64,000 nucleotides of DNA from Gammaproteobacteria bacterium (GTDB taxonomy: Bacteria; Pseudomonadota; Gammaproteobacteria; G965277405). The stretch lies in contig OZ255726.1 of assembly GCA_965277405.1 (NCBI GenBank), forward strand, positions 1,696,001 to 1,760,000, given 5' to 3'. The translations under genes and the position numbers were made by a program. How positions within the stretch are numbered: position 1 is the first letter of the stretch; each line of letters starts with the position of its first letter. The notes under the pieces are model-generated. The model was given only the letters and a program-made list of their open reading frames with translations, was not told where the DNA came from and did not search any database. This document shows positions 30,001 to 38,079 of the stretch, one piece after another.

Positions 30001-30607
30001 CCCATTTGATTTGCTGGCCGTGGAGATGCCCTTGAATCGTGCTTTTCAGCACACCTTGTTCGTCTGTTTGGATGAGTAAGTTGGCAATTTGAACGGCTGG
30101 TAAATCAAAAATCTTGACACTGGTATTGGTGATGGCCAGGTCGGAGAGTGCGGACGCTACTTTTTCTGATTCCAGCACATTTTGGAATATTTGGATTGGA
30201 CGCTGTCCAGATTTTTTTTGCAGCAACAATGCCTTGATAACGATTTCTGTACCATCAACGCGGAGCCGCTGGATATGCAATTTTTTCTCAGCAATTGATT
30301 TTGGAATATCAACGACAATACGTATGTAAGGAATCCGCACAATAAATTTGTTATTTACACTATCACCAGTCGAAGCAATAACCACGTTGCGCAGCACTAT
30401 GCTTGGCGCATTAAGACTCATTTGCAGCTGAATTTGTCCATAGCGGACTTCAGCAGGCCATGTGGTTTCGATAAAGCGTTTGCTGTTGGCGTCGATATAC
30501 CAGCGAATTGCCACCAGCATTACAATAAACAAGACACATATGGTGGATATTATAAGACTTGCATAGTAGAGCAAGTTGACAGAAAATTTTATGCTGCGTG
30601 ATTGCAT
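26900..30607 (-). CDS. YhdP-like AsmA-family lipid-bridge protein
   Basis: 1235 aa, N-terminal TM, beta-rich; TDLQGS..FP..WGK, ISWPGSP and C-terminal YTIAGPYTDPNI typical of YhdP. Confidence 0.8.
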   Translation of the reverse strand: MQSRSIKFSVNLLYYASLIISTICVLFIVMLVAIRWYIDANSKRFIETTWPAEVRYGQIQLQMSLNAPSIVLRNVVIASTGDSVNNKFIVRIPYIRIVVDIPKSIAEKKLHIQRLRVDGTEIVIKALLLQKKSGQRPIQIFQNVLESEKVASALSDLAITNTSVKIFDLPAVQIANLLIQTDEQGVLKSTIQGHLHGQQIKWDGSAQIDKFGTAAINLKLQLDNYQPQQDGKTQLSSNIVVAATGDLAAETLQFRVQANTTRLQTPTLMAAFSSVINGVYKNNALYIAMSPQRVRINDTVVAIAAISAYADAAAYAVMIPKISLVDIGMLCPHICGLVTDADLSALTISAGHVVDAILVWDRQRQCAHGHATIANVSMQYKTVKLEHITSRIELKNNLATIAYPMQQWSFIDTRLYTKPMYLSNGNGAFTIDLDTLLPDRNTDPFLLVQGSGYLENEHKNIYIAVDFLGLANGIHQTYFKTCHPQLSITQTHNLIPYLVINTTAGDWMQASLTKGNFAGCFMLQYGKYGKNLRSFIFDGDWRVQQGLVTTKFMRPLTVKSAEVSLRPNGVFIEQGNASYANAAAQIEQFSFLYNGQMTAHATTKAPLSHLLDIANEFSAKKLPRLTQTAGNIDTQLDLTLDINAPEHAKFTVDSKLDGVAAALIGNAVTFSNATGTIHIDTHGVTTTTPISLDIAGNAIVVSNVVQQSARDARNTLHIEGTFSPALFSTFNLDLVNNIITGTSRFTADIQHTAGEFSSALLQTDLQGSELLFPNDWGKSPQSTLATFISIAKQPDAKYAVTLAAEHHIRVLGVFPQQLFDGDFTSENQQADIDISVSSLLLPELIQWSNTNFPGALLNTANTPEQALRAATNVFSTIAIDVGVLDIGSLVFNDISLLHHYHAERFNASIASPDVNADLTWDFATTHDLRIDFKKLHLNFAETAADASITTPDTDPLASFNPSILPTTKINIDRLFINGADFGELQLASQPTADGFVVKSLKMHKDMVYLYADGYWLSNGRQTASGFDMHMHGSDIANFAGVISAKSGVLSANISWPGSPINLQPGNVEGSVNLQFADGSVHEKLFDNPLFKLLGFLNLEFLALNFKLDLIEKNQTLPFTQIKSEFDISGGYLTSTSPYFFNGPTLKVLGQGITDIVNQTLDHDIILTVSIRKSLPLVTVLAGAAPITVLSVLLLSLFQNSPLDAFTSAEYTIAGPYTDPNIKLKAAFRTSFSEKK

Positions 30608-30688
30608 GTAGTATACATTATAATAATAGATTTATTGTATGCAGTATCAGTGCAACATGGTAATGCATTCTGAGATTCGCAGGTAGAC

Positions 30689-30976
30689 ATGATTGAACGT
30701 ATGAAAAACATCCAGTGGGAATATGCTGAATTAATATGGGAAAAAAACCACGATATTTTATTATGGAGCGAACCACCATGGATTATTCAACACCGGCGCG
30801 GCAAACGCTACAAGAATTGGTATGAAATATGGTATGAGATTGGTCAAAGTGGCTGGGAGTTAATAACAAACCATAATTCAATTGATGGAGTGTATTATTA
30901 TTTTAAGCGACAAACGTTGCAAGGAATTGCAGCAGATGGCTATCTACCGCATCCGCAACAAGGTAAATTATTCTAA
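30689..30976 (+). CDS. Small hypothetical protein, DUF4177-like
   Basis: WEY...GQSGWELI...YYFKR pattern. Confidence 0.55.
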   Translation: MIERMKNIQWEYAELIWEKNHDILLWSEPPWIIQHRRGKRYKNWYEIWYEIGQSGWELITNHNSIDGVYYYFKRQTLQGIAADGYLPHPQQGKLF

Positions 30977-31023
30977 GGAACCTCTGATTAACTCGCTGCT
31001 GGAGCGAGTTAATCAGAGGTTCC
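30977..31023. mobile_element. 47-bp perfect palindrome, minimal copy of the MITE family
   Basis: GGAACCTCTGATTAACTCGCT-GCTGG-AGCGAGTTAATCAGAGGTTCC; flanked by CTAA and ATAA. Confidence 0.9.
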
Positions 31024-31085
31024 ATAAGCGCAATCCGTATGCTGCTGGTCGATAAGTTTCTTGATACCATGGTTTTAGCTAGCGT

Positions 31086-31799
31086 ATGACCACAGCAAGG
31101 CGGCGCATTGTCGTATTAACTGGCGCAGGGGTATCTGCTGAGTCTGGCTTGAAAACATTCCGCGCAGCTGATGGGCTATGGGAAAATCACCGTGTAGAAG
31201 ATGTGGCAAGTATGCAAGGGTTTTTGCGAAATCCGCAATTGGTGCAGGAATTTTATAACCAACGCAGAAAACAGCTCCTGCACGCAGCAGTCCAACCCAA
31301 TCCCGCCCATATTGCTCTTGCGGAATTGGCTGCGCAACCCGATATTCAACTCACCTTAATCACCCAGAACATCGATGATTTACACGAGCGCGGTGGCAGT
31401 AACAATGTGCTGCATATGCATGGTGAATTATTGCAAGCACGTTGCCAACAGTGCCAGCAAATTGCAGCTTGGCGCACAGATATAACCAGTAGTTCCGTAT
31501 GCAAAAATTGTAAGAAGGTTGCAACATTGCGCCCAAATATAGTATGGTTTGGCGAAATGCCATTGTATCTTGATACAATTGACGTAGCGCTGGATAATGC
31601 CACAGTTTTTGTTGCAATTGGCACAGCGGGGAATGTCTGTCCCGCTGCTCAGTTTGTCCAGATTGCCAACGCACGTGGTATTGAAACACTTGAGCTGAAC
31701 ATAGCAATAACAACTAGTAGCAATCTGTTTCGCAATGGAATGTACGGGTCAGCGAGCAAAATTGTGCCACATTGGGTTAAGCAGTTAAGGAACCTCTGA
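31086..31799 (+). CDS. cobB: NAD-dependent protein deacylase (class III sirtuin)
   Basis: GAGVSAESGLKTFR, FYNQRR, TQNIDDLHER, HMHGEL, two CxxC, RPNIVWFGE. Confidence 0.93.
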   Translation: MTTARRRIVVLTGAGVSAESGLKTFRAADGLWENHRVEDVASMQGFLRNPQLVQEFYNQRRKQLLHAAVQPNPAHIALAELAAQPDIQLTLITQNIDDLHERGGSNNVLHMHGELLQARCQQCQQIAAWRTDITSSSVCKNCKKVATLRPNIVWFGEMPLYLDTIDVALDNATVFVAIGTAGNVCPAAQFVQIANARGIETLELNIAITTSSNLFRNGMYGSASKIVPHWVKQLRNL

Positions 31800-32073
31800 T
31801 TAACTCGCTGATGGAGCGAGTTTGCCTGCAATTGCTGATGATTGCAAGGCGCATTCCGCAGGCGTATGCCGTAGCATATACGCCAAGGGATGCAACACAG
31901 CAAGTACCGCTTGTAGGCAAACCATCATATATTCAACAGAAGGACTGGAAAAAACGCTGCGCTAAGGTCGTTGCAGCACTTGATAATACCACCAGTATTA
32001 TCTGCGTACTGCGCTTAAGTTTCATCAGCGTTTTTTCTCCGTCTCGCCCATCATGGAATTAATCAGAGCTTTC
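31789..32073 (+). mobile_element. MITE-like palindromic element, long copy 2 (285 bp)
   Basis: TIRs GGAACCTCTGATTAA / TTAATCAGAGCTTTC; TTAA direct repeat on both sides. Confidence 0.9.
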
Positions 32074-32084
32074 TTAAGTACTAT

Positions 32085-33479
32085 ATGAAGTCGAATGAAC
32101 CGCACAATGGGCAAGAGAACATCAACATTCAGCAGTCCCTGTTTGAGCCAATGACAACAACAGCACAATCAAAACAAAGCACTTTTGTAACCAACAACCA
32201 CAGGGTTTTGCAAAAAACCGTGTTGGCAGCGTGTTTGTTTTTTTCCCTTGGCATGGTATGGCTGTATAACGAATTTGGACTGCCACAGCGATTCAATACC
32301 ATTTATGAAATTGTCAACATTGCTCATGCCAACACAACTGTCGCAGGCGTTCAGCCAGTAGAGAATGCGTATCGTGTGGTCGACCATGTAATTAAAAAAA
32401 ACGAAGTCATTAGCACGATCGCTGAACAACATGATGCGCTGATTGCTCACTTATACCCAGTGCTGCAACGCAGTCCTGCGCTTGCATATTTAACCAATAA
32501 CCTGCGTGCTGGGCTATCAATACACCTGCATATCGATAGTGAAAATAAGCTGCAAAAAATAATATATCCGTTTTCGCCAGCAGAAACATTCCGTTTAGAG
32601 CTCAATGCCGGTGAGTATATCGCAACGGTCGATACCGTGCAGTATGACAAGACATTGGCTTATTATGAAGGCACATTAGCAACAGTGCTGTACCTTGATG
32701 CAAAAAAGAATGGGATGTCTGATGATTTGATTATGCGTTTTGCCAATATTTTCGCATGGGACATTGATTTGAATAGTGAGCTACGTACAGGTGCAAGATT
32801 CTCGTTAATGTATGAAAAACTATCGTTAAATGGCGAGTATATTCGCGATGGTATTATCCGTATGGCACGCTTGGTCAACGCAGGCGAAGTATATGAAGCG
32901 GTATATTTTGCTACTGAACGCGATACCAATGGCAGGGCAATCCAAGAAGGATTTTACAGCAAAACTGGGCAGAGTATGCGCAAGCGCTTTCTGCGGATGC
33001 CAGTTAAATTTGGCTATATATCATCGTCTTTTAACTTGGTAAGGGTGCACCCGATCTTCAAAACTATTCGTCCGCATTTGGGTACCGATTATGCCGCCAA
33101 GCGTGGCACACCAATTCATAGCGTCGGCAAGGGTGTGATTACTACATACGGTTGGATGAAAGGATATGGGCGTGTGGCGATTATCGACCATGGCAATGGC
33201 TATACGACGTTATACGCACATATGAATAGTTTTCGTAAAGGTTTTAAACGCGGCAAGCGGGTGCGCCAAGGTCAGATAATAGGCTATGTTGGCACGAGTG
33301 GCTATTCGACAGGGCCGCATGTTCACTATGAGTTTCGCATCAACGGGGTGGCAAAAAATTCAGTGCGCGTGCGGCTGCCTGGTGCTCCGCCAATTGGCAA
33401 AGAGCAAATCAAAGAATTTACAGTGGTGCATGAACAAACAGCAAAAGTGTTCAATGTTTTCGAGCGCCAGCATGGATAA
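32085..33479 (+). CDS. M23 peptidoglycan DD-endopeptidase (MepM/OapA-like)
   Basis: FAWDID, RPHLGTDYAA (HxxxD), YAHM, STGPHVHYEF (HxH). Confidence 0.9.
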   Translation: MKSNEPHNGQENINIQQSLFEPMTTTAQSKQSTFVTNNHRVLQKTVLAACLFFSLGMVWLYNEFGLPQRFNTIYEIVNIAHANTTVAGVQPVENAYRVVDHVIKKNEVISTIAEQHDALIAHLYPVLQRSPALAYLTNNLRAGLSIHLHIDSENKLQKIIYPFSPAETFRLELNAGEYIATVDTVQYDKTLAYYEGTLATVLYLDAKKNGMSDDLIMRFANIFAWDIDLNSELRTGARFSLMYEKLSLNGEYIRDGIIRMARLVNAGEVYEAVYFATERDTNGRAIQEGFYSKTGQSMRKRFLRMPVKFGYISSSFNLVRVHPIFKTIRPHLGTDYAAKRGTPIHSVGKGVITTYGWMKGYGRVAIIDHGNGYTTLYAHMNSFRKGFKRGKRVRQGQIIGYVGTSGYSTGPHVHYEFRINGVAKNSVRVRLPGAPPIGKEQIKEFTVVHEQTAKVFNVFERQHG

Positions 33480-33491
33480 TACTGCTGCCAA

Positions 33492-36400
33492 TTACGCTTT
33501 ATCAAAAAAATTATACGTGACTTTAATTTGCACCTGCGGTAACCGGATTTTGCATTCATTGGCAAACATTTGATCAAAGCAAATGCTGACATTATTGGCT
33601 AACTGTATCTTGGTTTGGAGGTTATTGTGGTATAGCGTAAGTAGTACTTTGTGGCCAGCTGGGTCATGGTATTTATCAAGAATTTCTTCGATTTTTGGTA
33701 GTAGCTCGATGGTTTCAGCAGTCAACACCATTTGAATTGACTCGCAATAGCGCCTGCGAGCAACGTCAATTGGAAAGAAATCCTCAACGATGATTTTAAT
33801 GTCTTCAGATTTCCACATAGTGGATACCGATACTAGAAATAACAATATTTTTTTTTCTTGCAGCGCAGCTGCATGCGGAGAATTATCATACAGATCAGTG
33901 GGGATGGACAAGTCGAACATTGAGCTTTGGTCGTCGCATGCACAGATGATGCGTTGTTTATTTTGCTGATTGGTGAATTTTTTTATGCCATGGACGACAG
34001 CTGGTAATATCCGTTTTTCGCCATTTGGATTGAGCGATAACAGCTCAACATAATTGAGAACATGCAACTGTTTTAGCTCTATTGCATGGGCGCCTAGCGG
34101 GTGGTCTGTTAAATAAAATCCATATACTTCATGCTCATTGTTTAATGTTTTTTGTGTGCTCCACGGTTGCACAGTAGTGCGTAAAACATGTGATTGTGTG
34201 AGGGTGTTGCCGAACATATCTGCCAAACCAAGTTGCGCATTTTCATACTGTTGTTTGCTCGAGTGCTGGCTTAAATCGATGTCAGCTTGCAGTTGGGCTC
34301 GATGTTCTGCTAGACCATCACAGGCGCCCGCATTCACGAGTTTTTCGAGCACAGTTTTGGGCAGAATATTTGGTGGAGTGACCCGCGAGCATACATCAAG
34401 CAAACTGGTAAACGCTCCTGCTTTACGTGCCGCAACGATTGCAGCAATTGGGACTTCACCAACACCTCGAATCATACCTAAACCGCAGATAATTTTGTTT
34501 TTTGCGTTGGTGCAGTTAAACATGCTCTGGTTGATATGTGGTGGTACGACAACAATGTTGCGTTGCCGGGCGATGTGGATTAACGTGATGACTTTACGCG
34601 CACTATGAAACTCAAAGTTCATCGATGTGCTTAGAAACTCAACAGGATAATGTTGTTTCAACCATGCAGTCTGATAGGAAATAATGGCGTAGCTGGCAGC
34701 GTGGGCTTTGTTAAACCCATACGAAGCAAATTTCTCTAGGTATTCAAATGTGCGTATTGCGGCTTGTTGATGCAGCCCAGATTTCATTGCCCCCGCAATA
34801 AATCTATCGCGGTGCTTGTCCATGTCACCAGCCTTTTTTTTGCTCATCGCCCGGCGCAGGTCGTCGGCTTGTCCTAAACTAAAACCACCGAGTTTTTGCG
34901 CTATCTGCAGCACTTGTTCTTGATACACCGCAATCCCGTACGTTTCTTTTAAGATGTCTGCAACGTCTGCGTGTGGGTAGGTTATGTTGCTTGGATCGCG
35001 TTTGCGTGCTATAAAATCTGGGATATTGTCCATTGGACCTGGACGAAACAACGCGACTAATGCGATTAAATCTTCGATGCGGCTAATCCTAACTTTCCTT
35101 AAATTATGGCGCATCCCAGGAGATTCTAATTGAAACACCCCATCAGTATCGCCTTTGCTCAGCAGTGTTAACGTTGGCTGGTCGTTTAAAGGTAACGTAT
35201 CAAGGTCAATTTTAGTGCCGTGGTTGACCAAAATATCTCGGCATGTTTCTGCTAGTATAGTGAGGGTTTTTAAACCGAGAATATCGAATTTAACTAAACC
35301 GACTTTTTCTGCATCGTCTTTGTCAAACTGCACCATCGGTTGTTCGCCATTGTCCTCAGCATACACTGGGGCAAAATTGACGATATCATCTGCTGCGATA
35401 ACTATTCCTGCAGCGTGTTTGCCGATACCGCGTATTAACCCTTCTAGCTTGCGCGCTTGAACGAGTATTTCAGCGGCATCTGTATCGCTGTTTTCAATCT
35501 CTTGTAACGCTGGATTAGCCGCAAACGCTGCACTGAGGGTAATGTTTAGTGTTGCGGGTATTTCTTTGGCTATTTTGTCGCCTGCGTTGTATGGCTTGCC
35601 TAACACACGGGAGACGTCACGGACAACTGCTTTGGCATTCATGGCATTAAAGGTGATGATTTGTGCCACATGGCTTTGCCCATACGATGAAAATATATCT
35701 TCAATCACCTCATTGCGTCGATGCACGCAAAAGTCAATGTCAAAGTCTGGCAGATTGGCGCGGTCAATGTTTAAAAACCGTTCGAATAGCAGACCATATT
35801 GAATCGGGTTAATATTGGTAATATGCAGCGAATACGCAACCAAAGAAGCAGTGCCTGAACCACGGCCAAGACCGACAGGAATTCCTTTAGCAAGCGCGGT
35901 GCTGATGAAGCGATGGACAATTAAAAAATATGCGTCAAACCCCATTCGGTGGATGATATCAAGCTCATACCGCAGTCTGTCAAGATATATCTGGTGCTCT
36001 GCCGTCGGGATGCGTTGTAAATGCACAGCCAGACCTTGTTTGGCTAAGGTTGCTAATTCTTGTTTTGGCGTAATACCATTGGGCAGTTGAATGCGCGGCA
36101 GGGTCGGCTTGCGCAGAACTTTTGTAACGCTGCAGCGTTGGGCAATCGCCCAAGTGTTTGCAAGCGCCTGTGGCAGATCGGCAAACAACTCGGTCATTTC
36201 TTGCTGTGAGCGAAAATATTGCTGTTTTGTATAGTTCTTGTCACGATTTGCGTCAGTAATCAGCTCACGCCGCGACACACATACGCGTAATTCATGACTA
36301 TAGAAATCCTGTTTAGCAAGAAAGCGTACATCGTTGGTGGCAACAACAGGAATTTGGAATAATTCAGCAAACATGACGGCGTTACTAATATAAGTCTCCT

Positions 36401-36935
36401 CGCGGTCGCGACCAAGCCGCTGCAGCTCAATATACCAGCGCGCTGGAAACAACCTTTGCCAAAACTCGGCACAATGCTTGGCAGCATCTATTGCTCCGTT
36501 GCCAAGATAGTGGCCGCATTCACCAAGCTGACCACCAGACAGCGCGATGAGTCCTTCGCCATATTGCTCAAGCCAACGCAATTGCAATACTTTATAGTTG
36601 TCTGCAGTTGCGCTTGAATCAGTATAGATGAGCGTGGCAAGTTGCATTAAGTGTAAAAAACCTTGGTTGGTTGCAGCCAATAATGTCACGCGGTATAACT
36701 TATTTGCTGTAGCGATACCAAAGTGATTGAACTCACAGCCAATAATTGGTTTGATTCCGCGTTGGTGTGCCGCGCTAATGAACTTTACTGTGGCAAATAA
36801 ATTAGCTTCATCGGTGAGCGCCACCGCCGGCTGGTCATCGTGTTGTGCGGCAGCTATCAATTGTGGAACTTTGATGATTCCATCGATAATTGAATAGTCT
36901 GAGTGGGCTTTAAGATGGACGAACGGCAGTGTCAT
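33492..36935 (-). CDS. dnaE: DNA polymerase III alpha subunit
   Basis: PHP HSDYS, GRGSG, LFERFLN, PDFDIDF, KFDILGL, FQLES, YGFNKAHA. Confidence 0.95.
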   Translation of the reverse strand: MTLPFVHLKAHSDYSIIDGIIKVPQLIAAAQHDDQPAVALTDEANLFATVKFISAAHQRGIKPIIGCEFNHFGIATANKLYRVTLLAATNQGFLHLMQLATLIYTDSSATADNYKVLQLRWLEQYGEGLIALSGGQLGECGHYLGNGAIDAAKHCAEFWQRLFPARWYIELQRLGRDREETYISNAVMFAELFQIPVVATNDVRFLAKQDFYSHELRVCVSRRELITDANRDKNYTKQQYFRSQQEMTELFADLPQALANTWAIAQRCSVTKVLRKPTLPRIQLPNGITPKQELATLAKQGLAVHLQRIPTAEHQIYLDRLRYELDIIHRMGFDAYFLIVHRFISTALAKGIPVGLGRGSGTASLVAYSLHITNINPIQYGLLFERFLNIDRANLPDFDIDFCVHRRNEVIEDIFSSYGQSHVAQIITFNAMNAKAVVRDVSRVLGKPYNAGDKIAKEIPATLNITLSAAFAANPALQEIENSDTDAAEILVQARKLEGLIRGIGKHAAGIVIAADDIVNFAPVYAEDNGEQPMVQFDKDDAEKVGLVKFDILGLKTLTILAETCRDILVNHGTKIDLDTLPLNDQPTLTLLSKGDTDGVFQLESPGMRHNLRKVRISRIEDLIALVALFRPGPMDNIPDFIARKRDPSNITYPHADVADILKETYGIAVYQEQVLQIAQKLGGFSLGQADDLRRAMSKKKAGDMDKHRDRFIAGAMKSGLHQQAAIRTFEYLEKFASYGFNKAHAASYAIISYQTAWLKQHYPVEFLSTSMNFEFHSARKVITLIHIARQRNIVVVPPHINQSMFNCTNAKNKIICGLGMIRGVGEVPIAAIVAARKAGAFTSLLDVCSRVTPPNILPKTVLEKLVNAGACDGLAEHRAQLQADIDLSQHSSKQQYENAQLGLADMFGNTLTQSHVLRTTVQPWSTQKTLNNEHEVYGFYLTDHPLGAHAIELKQLHVLNYVELLSLNPNGEKRILPAVVHGIKKFTNQQNKQRIICACDDQSSMFDLSIPTDLYDNSPHAAALQEKKILLFLVSVSTMWKSEDIKIIVEDFFPIDVARRRYCESIQMVLTAETIELLPKIEEILDKYHDPAGHKVLLTLYHNNLQTKIQLANNVSICFDQMFANECKIRLPQVQIKVTYNFFDKA

Positions 36936-37111
36936 GCAAGATAAAATTTGTTACAGAATTTGATACTATACGATTCAATTTGCTGCGTGCGGCTGGATTT
37001 CATTATAAGGTTGCCGCTAGCACTGCAAGCGGTTGAATAACCAACGACACAAACAGATATTCATGCAACAACGCATAGCAGTTTTATACTATTTCTGTAA
37101 AGATAACCACC

Positions 37112-38071
37112 ATGATAACGCAACCAGCACAGTTAATTATTGGGATTTCTTCGCGGGCATTATTCGACTTACGAACAAGTCACGATGTTTTTGCAACACA
37201 GGGATTGGAAAAATACCGTGAATACCAAATTGCTCATGAGCAGGACGTACTTACGCCTGGACCATCGTTTGCATTTGTCCAAAAACTATTGGCGTTAAAT
37301 ACCCATGCAGCGGTTGATGAGCCTATCGTCGAGGTGATTTTATTATCCAGGAATAGCTCAGATACTGGGCTGCGTGTGTTTAATTCTATTGAGCATCACC
37401 AGCTCAAGATAACCCGCGCAGTTTTTTGTTCTGGTGCCAGCCCGTATCCATATATGCAGCCATTTGGCTGCCATCTGTTTTTGTCTGTTGACGCAGCTGA
37501 CGTGTGCATGGCATTACGCCATGGCGTTGCCGCTGCAACCATTATTCAGCAACCCGTGACGGCGACAACACAACAGCAATTGCGGATAGCCTTCGATGGT
37601 GATGCAGTGATATTTAGTGACCAAGCTGAACAAATTAATGTTAAAGACGGGCTAGCAGCATTTAATGCAAGCGAGCGGCAAGCTGCAAATATACCGTTAC
37701 AACATGGGCCGTTCTCGCGATTTATTCACGCGGTCGAGTTAATTCAACGCGGTTTTGTCGGCAAGACATCACCGCTTAGAACAGCGTTGGTGACTGCGCG
37801 TGGTGCGCCTGCGCACAAGCGAGTAATTTTGACCTTGCGGTCATGGGGCCTGCAAATTGATGAAGCAATTTTTTTGTCAGGGTTAGAAAAAAACACATTC
37901 ATTGAACAGTTTGGTGCAGATATTTATTTTGATGATCGCATGCATCATGTGCAACAAGCGAGCGAAAAAACTACAGCAGCCCATGTGCCTGATGGTGTTT
38001 GCAATCAAGGGTCGGAGCTTGCCAGCGCCAGCAGTGTTGACTCAAATCATCACGCCGATACGCGAGACTGA
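37112..38071 (+). CDS. 5'-nucleotidase (cN-I-like family)
   Basis: IGISSRALFDL, LRIAFDGDAV, TALVTARGAPAH, YFDD. Confidence 0.9.
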   Translation: MITQPAQLIIGISSRALFDLRTSHDVFATQGLEKYREYQIAHEQDVLTPGPSFAFVQKLLALNTHAAVDEPIVEVILLSRNSSDTGLRVFNSIEHHQLKITRAVFCSGASPYPYMQPFGCHLFLSVDAADVCMALRHGVAAATIIQQPVTATTQQQLRIAFDGDAVIFSDQAEQINVKDGLAAFNASERQAANIPLQHGPFSRFIHAVELIQRGFVGKTSPLRTALVTARGAPAHKRVILTLRSWGLQIDEAIFLSGLEKNTFIEQFGADIYFDDRMHHVQQASEKTTAAHVPDGVCNQGSELASASSVDSNHHADTRD

Positions 38072-38079
38072 GGATAATC

